This document shows positions 29,875 to 38,070 of a stretch of 64,000 nucleotides of DNA, piece by piece. Every line of letters begins with the position of its first letter. The stretch's first letter is position 1. The stretch is from positions 2,688,001 to 2,752,000 of the forward strand of contig OZ240219.1 in the NCBI GenBank assembly GCA_965197645.1. The letters run 5' to 3'. The position numbers and the translations under genes are program-made. Below the pieces are notes generated by a model. The model was not told the origin of the DNA. It saw only the letters and a list, made by a program, of their open reading frames with translations, and did not search any database. The stretch is from Dehalococcoidia bacterium (GTDB taxonomy: Bacteria > Chloroflexota > Dehalococcoidia > Plut-88900).

Positions 29875-31719
29875 CTACTCGACGGTAACCGACTTTGCCA
29901 GGTTTCTGGGCTGGTCTACGTCGCAGCCCCTCCGCACAGCAATGTGGTATGCGAAGAGCTGCAACGGCACGACGGATACGATGGGTGACAGCAGATATGG
30001 CGTCTCCGGCAGGTAGATGACGTCGTCCACTCGTGAGGCTATCTCCTCGTCTCCCGCGGTGGCCAGAGCGATGACCCTTCCGTCCCTGGCCTTCACCTCC
30101 TCGATGTTGCTCAGCATCTTGGAGTACATCCGGTCCTTCAACGCGATCACCACTACGGGCATGTTTTCGTCGATCAGGGCTATGGGGCCATGCTTCATTT
30201 CGCCGGCCTGATAGCCCTCCGCATGACTGTAGCTTATCTCCTTCAGCTTCAGGGCGCCCTCCATGGCCGTGGGATAGTTCACCCCCCGGCCTAGGTAAAG
30301 GAAGTTGTTCATTCTGAAGTAGGACTGGGCCAGCTGGCGGCATTGGCCGTCCAGGTCCAGGGCTGCTCCCACGGCCGAGGGGAGTCTGGTCAAATCGTTG
30401 ACCATCGATGCCAGCTTGTCATCGTTCAGATATCCCCGGGCACGGCCCAAGTGGGCAGCGAGAAGATAGAGGGCTACCATTGCGTTGGTGAGGCACTTGG
30501 TGCTGGCCACGCCCACCTCCAGCCCTGCCCGCAGGTGAACTGTGTACCGGGCCACGCGGGTGGACTGGCTATGCTCTATGTTGCACAAGGTGATCTGGGA
30601 GGCGCCCTTACGCCCGGCCTCTTCCATCGCGGCAAGGGTGTCCACCGTTTCCCCGGACTGGCTGATGGAGACCACCAGCGTGGACCCGTCGATTATCGGG
30701 TCCCGGTAGCGGAACTCGGAGGCGTTGTCCACCTCGGCGGGGACACCGGTCAGCTCCTCTATCATCACCCGGCCGACCATCGCCGCGTGGAGGCTGGTGC
30801 CCATCCCGACCAGTACAACCCTGTCGATATTGGCCAGCTCCGCCGTGGAGAAGGTCATCTGCTCCAGGCCTATCGCCGGTGGGTCGAAGGAGATGCGGCC
30901 TCTCAGGGCGTTGGTAACCGCCTGGGGCTGCTCCATTATCTCCTTCAGCATGAAGTGCTTGTAGCCGCCCTTGGCAACTTCAATATCGCCGCGGGATATG
31001 GGCGTTGGCGTACGGTTGGCGGTTTGGCCGTCCGACCCGAAGTACCGTACGTCCTTCCGCTCGACCGAAGCCAGATCACCAGCTTCGAGGAACACGGCCC
31101 GATTGGTGTAGGGTAGTATGGCGGGCAGATCGCTGGCCACGTACATGGCCTCGTCTCCGTAGCCCACCACAATCCCGCCGGCGTTGCCAACCCTGGCGGC
31201 GACTATCTTCCCCGGATTGTGGACCCCCATCACCAGGATGGAAAATGCCCCCTCCAACGATTCCAGGGCATGGGCAACGGCCTTCTCTAGAGGCTCGCCG
31301 CCCCGGGTGTACTCCTCTACCAGATGGGCGATGACCTCGGTGTCCGTTTCCGAGAGCAGGGAGTGGCCGCTGTCTATCAGGCGTTGCTTCACCGGTTGGT
31401 AGTTCTCGACGATGCCGTTGTGGATCACGGCCACCTCTCGATGGCAGTCCAGATGGGGATGAGCGTTGAGGTCGGTGGGCTTTCCGTGGGTGGCCCATCG
31501 GGTGTGGCCCATGCCGGCGGTGCCGATGGGCGTCCCATCGCCTACGGCAGAGGTGAGGGCGCTCAGCTTACCCGCCGCTCTCTCGACGTAAAATTCGCCG
31601 TCACCGTTGAGGACGGCTATCCCGGAGCTGTCGTAGCCCCGGTACTCCAATTTTCGGAGGCCGTCCATCAGTATGGGGGCAGCGGGTTCGGTGCCTACGT
31701 ATCCAACAATGCCACACAT
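29875..31719 (-). CDS. glmS: Glutamine--fructose-6-phosphate transaminase
   Basis: MCGIVG, LEYRGYDS, GHTRWATHG, SQSGET, PRNLAKSVTVE. Confidence 0.98.
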   Translation of the reverse strand: MCGIVGYVGTEPAAPILMDGLRKLEYRGYDSSGIAVLNGDGEFYVERAAGKLSALTSAVGDGTPIGTAGMGHTRWATHGKPTDLNAHPHLDCHREVAVIHNGIVENYQPVKQRLIDSGHSLLSETDTEVIAHLVEEYTRGGEPLEKAVAHALESLEGAFSILVMGVHNPGKIVAARVGNAGGIVVGYGDEAMYVASDLPAILPYTNRAVFLEAGDLASVERKDVRYFGSDGQTANRTPTPISRGDIEVAKGGYKHFMLKEIMEQPQAVTNALRGRISFDPPAIGLEQMTFSTAELANIDRVVLVGMGTSLHAAMVGRVMIEELTGVPAEVDNASEFRYRDPIIDGSTLVVSISQSGETVDTLAAMEEAGRKGASQITLCNIEHSQSTRVARYTVHLRAGLEVGVASTKCLTNAMVALYLLAAHLGRARGYLNDDKLASMVNDLTRLPSAVGAALDLDGQCRQLAQSYFRMNNFLYLGRGVNYPTAMEGALKLKEISYSHAEGYQAGEMKHGPIALIDENMPVVVIALKDRMYSKMLSNIEEVKARDGRVIALATAGDEEIASRVDDVIYLPETPYLLSPIVSVVPLQLFAYHIAVRRGCDVDQPRNLAKSVTVE

Positions 31720-32387
31720 TATGTCGAGTTATTCAGCGCTTGGATGATCTCTTCAACCACCTGTTCCCGGCTCTTGTGGTCAGTATCTATCATCAAAGCG
31801 TCCTCGGCCGGTTTCAGGGGGGCCAGCTCCCGCTCGCTGTCGATCTTGTCCCTGGCCTTCAGACTGCTGAGTATCGAGTCGTAGTCCTCTTCATGTCCCA
31901 GATTGCGCAGCTCCAAGTGCCGCCGGCGGGCCCGCTCCTCGGAGGACGCCAGCAGGTACACCTTGAGACCTGCATCGGGCAGGACCACGGTGCCTATGTC
32001 CCTACCGGCAAGCAACGCCTTGCCTCTCTCCGCCAACCGCCTCTGCCGCTCTACCAACGCCGTCCGCACGCCCCCGTGCTTCGACACCAGGGACACTTGA
32101 CGGTCGACCTCGGGGCGCTTTATCTCTTCGGTTACGTCCCGATCGTTAACGGTGACTCTTTCCGTCCCCGACTGAGAAAATTCTATCGATAGGTCTTCGG
32201 CCAGCTTGGTCACGGCTTCGGCATCATGGGGATCGATGCCGCGCTGTATCGCCTCCCAGGTGACCGCCCGGTACATTTTACCGGTATCGATGAAGAGGTA
32301 GCCAAGCCGTTCAGCCAGCATCCTACCCACGGTGGTCTTGCCGGAGCCTCCGGGACCGTCTATGGCGACAGCGGATTTGGCGAACAT
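31719..32387 (-). CDS. cmk: Cytidylate kinase
   Basis: AIDGPGGSGKTT, DTGKMYR, GRDIGTVV; TAATG coupling to glmS. Confidence 0.95.
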   Translation of the reverse strand: MFAKSAVAIDGPGGSGKTTVGRMLAERLGYLFIDTGKMYRAVTWEAIQRGIDPHDAEAVTKLAEDLSIEFSQSGTERVTVNDRDVTEEIKRPEVDRQVSLVSKHGGVRTALVERQRRLAERGKALLAGRDIGTVVLPDAGLKVYLLASSEERARRRHLELRNLGHEEDYDSILSSLKARDKIDSERELAPLKPAEDALMIDTDHKSREQVVEEIIQALNNST

Positions 32388-32420
32388 CACCTCCCCTTCG
32401 AGTCCAGAAAGCGAGGGGTA

Positions 32421-33488
32421 TTATACCCCATCAGGTGAGGAGGTTGGGAAAAGGACCACGTGGGTCAGGGTGGACGGGGTCGCCTTCACTCTGGCGCCCA
32501 CTTCGAAGACGGCGGTTGAGGGCTGAATGCTCTTCACCATGGTTCCGGAAGCCAACCGGATAGTGTAGAGGTTTTGCGATCCCTGGAACTCTCTAATCAC
32601 CACGGTGGAGTCCTCGCTGTCGTCGCGGGTAAGCTGGACGTCGTCGGGACGTACCATGAGTACGGTTTGGGAGGCGGTGTGGTTGCCGGTGTAGGGCAAC
32701 CGGCCCATCTCGGTGACCACGTATCCATCCTGCATATAGGCCGGAATGAAACTGGCGTGGCCGACGAAGGCCGCCACGAAGGACGTTGTCGGACGGTGGT
32801 ACACCTCTTCGGGCGTTCCGATCTGCTCCACCCTGCCTCGGTTCATTACAGCTATAGTGTCGGCGAAAGAGAGGGCTTCTTGCTGGTCGTGGGTCACCAG
32901 GATGGCGGTGGCGCCCTCACGTCGAAGAATAGTGTGGACCTCATGACGCATCTGGGCCCTCATATCCGCATCCAGGTTGCTGAAAGGCTCGTCCATTAGC
33001 ACCACCACCGGATTGGGGGCAAGGGCCCTGCCCAGCGCCACTCTCTGCTGCTGGCCGCCGGATAGCTGGTGAGGGTAGCGGTCGGCCATTTCCGACATGC
33101 CGATCAATTCCAGGGTCTCCTTGATTCGCTTCTCTCGAGAATCCCTGTTCATTCCTCGCAGCCCAAATCCTACGTTCTTTGCCACGTTGAGATGAGGGAA
33201 CAAAGCGTAGTCCTGGAACACCATGCCCACGCCTCTCTTCTCCGGCGAGACCATGCGCCCTCCACCCGAGACCCTTTCTCCGCGTAGGAGCACTTCGCCC
33301 TCGTCCGGTCTCTCGAACCCGGCGATCAACCTGAGCGTCGTAGTCTTGCCGCAGCCGCTGGGACCCAGCACAGCCATGATCTCACCGTAGGAGAGGCTGA
33401 AGCTGACCCCCTCCACGGCGGGCGACGCGTTGCCCGGGTAACGCTTGGTCGCCTCGTCCAGCTCCACTACTGCGCTTGTGTTTCCCAC
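32421..33488 (-). CDS. Fe3+ ABC transporter ATP-binding subunit (FbpC-like)
   Basis: GPSGCGKT, VFQDYALFPH, LSGGQQQR, MDEPF, TOBE-like tail. Confidence 0.92.
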   Translation of the reverse strand: MGNTSAVVELDEATKRYPGNASPAVEGVSFSLSYGEIMAVLGPSGCGKTTTLRLIAGFERPDEGEVLLRGERVSGGGRMVSPEKRGVGMVFQDYALFPHLNVAKNVGFGLRGMNRDSREKRIKETLELIGMSEMADRYPHQLSGGQQQRVALGRALAPNPVVVLMDEPFSNLDADMRAQMRHEVHTILRREGATAILVTHDQQEALSFADTIAVMNRGRVEQIGTPEEVYHRPTTSFVAAFVGHASFIPAYMQDGYVVTEMGRLPYTGNHTASQTVLMVRPDDVQLTRDDSEDSTVVIREFQGSQNLYTIRLASGTMVKSIQPSTAVFEVGARVKATPSTLTHVVLFPTSSPDGV

Positions 33489-33561
33489 CTGTTTACCGTC
33501 CGACGCTTCAAACTTGTGTGCGTTTCGTCTACACCTAAGAGGGAGACGTCAAAATACCGGC

Positions 33562-35241
33562 CTAGACTCGCAAGGGAACTTTGTTTAACACCCGGCCGGC
33601 CCCGACGTCCTGTCGGGCGCCTTGAGAGATGAGAATCGCCATGGGGCCCGAGGCCAGGAGCACTAGTAGGAGAGCGGGAAAAGCGGCTCCAGCGAAGAAG
33701 GCTGCCTCGGTGGACCCCCAAATCGAGGTGGCCAGTGTGCTGAAACCGATGGGGCTGAGGATGAGAGTGGCCGGCAACTCCTTCATTGTAGTAAGGAACA
33801 CCAGGGCGGACCCGGCCAGGACGCCACTCCGGATGAGAGGCAGCGTCACGCTGGCGAACACCCTCCAGGGAGAGAGCCCCAGTCCTCGGGCAGCCTCCTC
33901 CACTCGAGGGTTGACCTGGAGCAGGGAAGCCCGGACGGACCCCAGGGCCGTAGGCAAGAACAGGACTACGTATGCAAAGAGCAGCAGAGCGGTGGTCTGA
34001 TACAGCGGTCCGACATAGTTGGCCCCAAAGAAAACCAGGGCCAGGGCCACAACTATCCCGGGTAGGGCGAACCCCATGTAGCTTGTCCGCTCGATGATAG
34101 AGGCGAACCTGGAGGGGTATCTGACGCTCAGGACGGAGACGGGAATAGCGGCCAGGAGGCACGCTCCCGCCGCCAATGCAGAAACGTACAACGAATTGGC
34201 AGCGTCACCCCAGTAGGCGCCCAGGCTTTGCCCTGCCTGTAACCCTCGCACGACCCAGTAGGTGAGCACGGCGATGGGCGCCCCAAGGCTCAGAAACACG
34301 ATAGCGCCACAGAAGCTTACGGCAGGCCATCGCCACCGTCCCAAGGCTACGGCCTTGGCGGGCCGGCCACCGCCGGATGCCCCGGTGAAGTATTTGTGTC
34401 TACTCCTGGTTCCCGCTTCTCCAACCAGTATGGCCAGGGCGAGGGCCACAAGCACCAGGGAAAGTCCGGCGGAAACTCCCCGGTCGAAGAGGGACTCGTA
34501 TTGGACGTAGATGGCCCAGGTAAAGGTCTCGTAGTCAAGGATGGATACGGCGCCGAAATCGCTTAACGTGTAAAGCGCCACCAGCAGCGATCCGGCAGCC
34601 ACCGGGGGCCGAAGATGGGGCCAGGTCACTCGCCTGAACACCTGCCAGGGGCCGTAACCTAGCGCCCTAGCCGTCTCCTCCATGCCCGGGTCCAACTCGC
34701 GCATGGTGGCTCTGACGGGAAGCAGCACATAGGGGAAGCTCAGGATGGTCAAGGTGAAGGTAGCGCCCCAGAAGCCCCGTATGTCGGGCAGGCTCTCAAT
34801 GCCGAGCAGGGGCTCCAGCCAGCCCTGGACCAGTCCCCTGGGCGCCAGCGCGGCTATCACAACAAACGCGCCTATGTAGCTGGGTATCACCAGGGGTAGG
34901 GCGGTGCCTATGGACCAGAGGCTCCGGCAGGGGATATCCGTACGGGACGTCAGCCAGGCCAGCGGCACGGCCAGAGCGATGGAGGCGCCCGTGACCGATA
35001 CCACCAGCAGGACCGATCGGCCGAGAATGGCCCCTGTCCGAGACCTGAAGAGGATGTCCCACAGACTATCGTCGGCGCCGAAGGCCCGGATAGCCAGGTA
35101 GGCCAGCGGCAGGACCATCGCTCCGGCTACCGCTAGGGCAGGAAGCCACACCACCGCAGGGGGACGGTTCCAGGCCGTCTCCAGTATCCCGGCCTGCAGC
35201 CGGTTGAGCGGACTAAAGGATGGGTAACTTAGGCTGGCCAA
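33562..35241 (-). CDS. Fe3+ ABC transporter permease (FbpB-like)
   Basis: Two EAA loops, LSDFGAV, MKELPATL. Confidence 0.92.
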   Translation of the reverse strand: MASLSYPSFSPLNRLQAGILETAWNRPPAVVWLPALAVAGAMVLPLAYLAIRAFGADDSLWDILFRSRTGAILGRSVLLVVSVTGASIALAVPLAWLTSRTDIPCRSLWSIGTALPLVIPSYIGAFVVIAALAPRGLVQGWLEPLLGIESLPDIRGFWGATFTLTILSFPYVLLPVRATMRELDPGMEETARALGYGPWQVFRRVTWPHLRPPVAAGSLLVALYTLSDFGAVSILDYETFTWAIYVQYESLFDRGVSAGLSLVLVALALAILVGEAGTRSRHKYFTGASGGGRPAKAVALGRWRWPAVSFCGAIVFLSLGAPIAVLTYWVVRGLQAGQSLGAYWGDAANSLYVSALAAGACLLAAIPVSVLSVRYPSRFASIIERTSYMGFALPGIVVALALVFFGANYVGPLYQTTALLLFAYVVLFLPTALGSVRASLLQVNPRVEEAARGLGLSPWRVFASVTLPLIRSGVLAGSALVFLTTMKELPATLILSPIGFSTLATSIWGSTEAAFFAGAAFPALLLVLLASGPMAILISQGARQDVGAGRVLNKVPLRV

Positions 35242-35253
35242 GTCGGGGCCTCG

Positions 35254-35360
35254 CTAGGGTAGTACGCCCGTTTCTCTTCGAGGGCTAGCTTCGCCACCAG
35301 GCTCCAAATCTGGGACAGGTCGACGTCGGGGTACTGGATGGCGGGCAAAGGGATGTACAT
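35254..35360 (-). pseudogene. Frameshifted 3' remnant of an iron ABC substrate-binding protein
   Basis: IPLPAIQYPDVDLSQI... then, after a frameshift, RETGVLP*; lies in the SBP position 12 nt before the permease start. Confidence 0.6.
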
Positions 35361-35572
35361 GGAAGCCGCTTTGGCCCTTCCTACCTGTAGGAGCCACCGG
35401 AAGCTGTACCGGTGACAACGCTGCCAACCCCATCAACATCTTCATTAGTCTCACCAGGTGGCTGCCGACCACTCGGGTACCGGGCCGGCGATACCGAGCC
35501 GGTCATGTGCTATAATTGGGCAACCGAAGACAAGCCAACCCCTACGACGTTAGCGTAATAGTAAAGCCGGGG

Positions 35573-35602
35573 TTAGTGTAGACTAATCTCCATATTTGTC
35601 AA
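35573..35602 (-). promoter_or_regulatory. Promoter of the iron ABC operon with overlapping DtxR/MntR-type box
   Basis: TTGACA-N16-TACACT (minus strand); TTAG-N6-CTAA at 35573-35586 covers the -10. Confidence 0.7.
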
Positions 35603-35638
35603 GCGTAAATCCCAGTGTTTGCATCGATTATCGGACAA

Positions 35639-35652
35639 TTAGCCAGTACTAA
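35639..35652. promoter_or_regulatory. Second DtxR/MntR-type box upstream of the regulator gene
   Basis: TTAGCCAGTACTAA (TTAG-N6-CTAA). Confidence 0.6.
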
Positions 35653-35694
35653 TGGCTCACACCACCAGCGAGAGCGATCAACGGTAAACTCAGT

Positions 35695-36378
35695 ATGTCA
35701 AAGATAGCCAAGCCCAGTTCCATCGCCGCAGAGGACTATCTCACCACCATATTCCGCAAGGCGGAAGAGGGACAACCGATCATCTCCGCCCGGTTGGCCG
35801 AGGCGTTGGACGTTTCGCCTGCCACCGCCTTCGGAATGCTGAAGAGGATGGACCGGGACGGGCTGGTGCAGATATCCCCATCCAAGGAGATTGCGCTGAC
35901 GCCCTATGGCAACAAGATAGCAGAGGACGTGATCCGGCGGCACCGCCTGGCGGAAAGGCTCTTGACCGACGTACTGGAGCTGGAGTGGCATAGCGCCTAT
36001 GCTGAGGCCCATCTGCTGGAGCACGGTATATCCACGCAAGTGGCCGATAAGATGGTGGGCATCTTGAACAATCCCACCACCTGTCCTCACGGCTACCCGA
36101 TCCCCGGCTCTAACGGATACTCCTCCAAGCAGCATCTGCGGTCCCACCTCAAGTCGTTGGACCAGGTGTCGGAGGGCAGCACCGTGGTAGTACGAAGGGT
36201 GCCGGAGGAGGACTCGGACCTGCTGAAGTACCTGAGCCTGTACCGCGTCCGACCGGGGGCCGAGCTGCATATAACCGAGGTGGCCGACTTCAAGGGCACC
36301 ATCACCATCAATGTCAACGATGACGAGCTGGTTATCAGTTCGGATACGGCGACCAAGATAGTGGTGAAGCCCGCCTAG
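35695..36378 (+). CDS. DtxR/IdeR/MntR-family metal-dependent repressor with FeoA domain
   Basis: EDYL, RRHRLAERLL, EAHLLEH, CPHGYPIP. Confidence 0.95.
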   Translation: MSKIAKPSSIAAEDYLTTIFRKAEEGQPIISARLAEALDVSPATAFGMLKRMDRDGLVQISPSKEIALTPYGNKIAEDVIRRHRLAERLLTDVLELEWHSAYAEAHLLEHGISTQVADKMVGILNNPTTCPHGYPIPGSNGYSSKQHLRSHLKSLDQVSEGSTVVVRRVPEEDSDLLKYLSLYRVRPGAELHITEVADFKGTITINVNDDELVISSDTATKIVVKPA

Positions 36379-36471
36379 CTTATCTACCGGGCAACCAAAC
36401 CCGGCCCGATTACTCCGACCGCGCTGCATGGGTCGGGGTGCTGCGAAGAACCCTTTCGCCAAACCTAGTAA

Positions 36472-38064
36472 GTGACCAAACTAACCTTCTACGGCGGGGT
36501 CAACCAGATAGGAGGAAACAAGATCCTCCTGGAGGATGGTGACGCCCGCCTGTTCCTCGACTTCGGGACCTCCTTCGATGAGCGCGGCCAGTACTACGAG
36601 GAGTTCCTCAATCCCAGGGTTGCTTTCGGGTTACTGGACCCGTTGACGATGGGGATGCTGCCCCCGCTGGAGGGGCTGTACCGGCAGGACCTGGAGCCCG
36701 CGGCCCCCGATCTCTGGGGCCCCTGGCGGGAGGCGCCCAACTACATCGACCTCAGACCCCATGAAGTCCACGGAGTCCTACTCTCCCACGCCCACCTTGA
36801 CCACACCGGATACCTTTCGTTTCTCAGGCCGGAGATTCCGGTTTACGCCAGTGCGTTGACGGCGTTCATGGCCAAGGCGATACAGCACGGTGGTCAGGCC
36901 AATTTCGAGAGCGAAGTCGTCTACACCGTACCCAGGGATTTGAACGAGTCCGGCCTGCTGAAGGCAAGCAACTACCGAACACAGCCGGCCTTACAGCGGC
37001 CCTTCAGGGTATTCCAACACGATCTTCTGAGCGCTGAGGCCCACGCCTTCTGGAGCGAGATGCACGGCACCCGGGCGCTCGAATCCGTGCCGATATCGGG
37101 CGCCGAAAACGTAGGAGGGCTGGAGATCAGGTCCTTTCCCGTAGACCACTCGGTGCCGGGGGCCTCGGCCTATGCGGTCAAGACCTCGGCCGGTTGGATA
37201 GGCTACACCGGCGACCTCCGTTTGCACGGCAGCCAGAAGGCATCTACGCAACAATTTATCAGGGAGATGGCGGCCATGAAGCCCGTCGCCCTGCTGTGCG
37301 AGGGCACCAGGACCGAGAGCGATGTCAACCACACCGAATCCGACGTAGAAGAGCGGTCTTTGAGAGAGGTTCGCAACGCACGAGGCCTCGTGATAGCCGA
37401 CTTCGGGCCGAGGAACGTGGAACGGCTCCTGATCTTCGCCCACATCGCTCAGGCGACCGGAAGAGGGCTGGTTATCCTGCCCAAAGACGCCTACCTTCTG
37501 GACGCCATACACTTGGCCGATCCCTCGACTCCGTCCATTGTCGATCTGGGCAACGTGTACGTATATGAAAAGCCTACCCTCAGCTCGCAGGGCTGGGAGA
37601 AAGAGGTCAGGGAGAGGCACTCGACACGTCTGATCGGCCCGGAGGATATTCATCGCCACCAAGACCAGCACATCCTCTGCTTCAGCTTCTTCGATCTGAA
37701 CGATCTGCCCAGCATCCGGCCCCGCCCCGGCAGCCTGTACCTCTACTCCTCCCACGAGGCCTTCAACGAGGAGCTCCAGCTGGACTTTCAACGGCTGCGG
37801 AACTGGATCAACCACTTCGAAATGAACGCCGTCGGACTGCCGCTGAGAGAGCTGGGGTGGCAATCGCCGCCTGAGGAACAGGACCTTCACGCATCGGGCC
37901 ACGCGAGCCCGGAAGACCTGTTGACGGTGGCCCGGGAGATCGCCCCCGAGACGCTGGTGCCCATACACACCCAGCACCCAGAGTTCTTTGTAGAGGGACT
38001 CGCGAACACCGATATCAACGTCAGCATCCTTCCTCACAAAGGGGCCTCCATCACCTTCAGGTAA
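36472..38064 (+). CDS. Metallo-beta-lactamase/beta-CASP nuclease (RNase J-like)
   Basis: GGVNQIGGN, LDFG, SHAHLDH, VDHS, YTGD, CEGT, HASGHA, PIHT. Confidence 0.9.
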   Translation: MTKLTFYGGVNQIGGNKILLEDGDARLFLDFGTSFDERGQYYEEFLNPRVAFGLLDPLTMGMLPPLEGLYRQDLEPAAPDLWGPWREAPNYIDLRPHEVHGVLLSHAHLDHTGYLSFLRPEIPVYASALTAFMAKAIQHGGQANFESEVVYTVPRDLNESGLLKASNYRTQPALQRPFRVFQHDLLSAEAHAFWSEMHGTRALESVPISGAENVGGLEIRSFPVDHSVPGASAYAVKTSAGWIGYTGDLRLHGSQKASTQQFIREMAAMKPVALLCEGTRTESDVNHTESDVEERSLREVRNARGLVIADFGPRNVERLLIFAHIAQATGRGLVILPKDAYLLDAIHLADPSTPSIVDLGNVYVYEKPTLSSQGWEKEVRERHSTRLIGPEDIHRHQDQHILCFSFFDLNDLPSIRPRPGSLYLYSSHEAFNEELQLDFQRLRNWINHFEMNAVGLPLRELGWQSPPEEQDLHASGHASPEDLLTVAREIAPETLVPIHTQHPEFFVEGLANTDINVSILPHKGASITFR

Positions 38065-38070
38065 GCGAAA

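Noticed and set aside
31700-31760. glmS ribozyme
   Set aside because: glmS is translationally coupled to cmk (TAATG), leaving no leader
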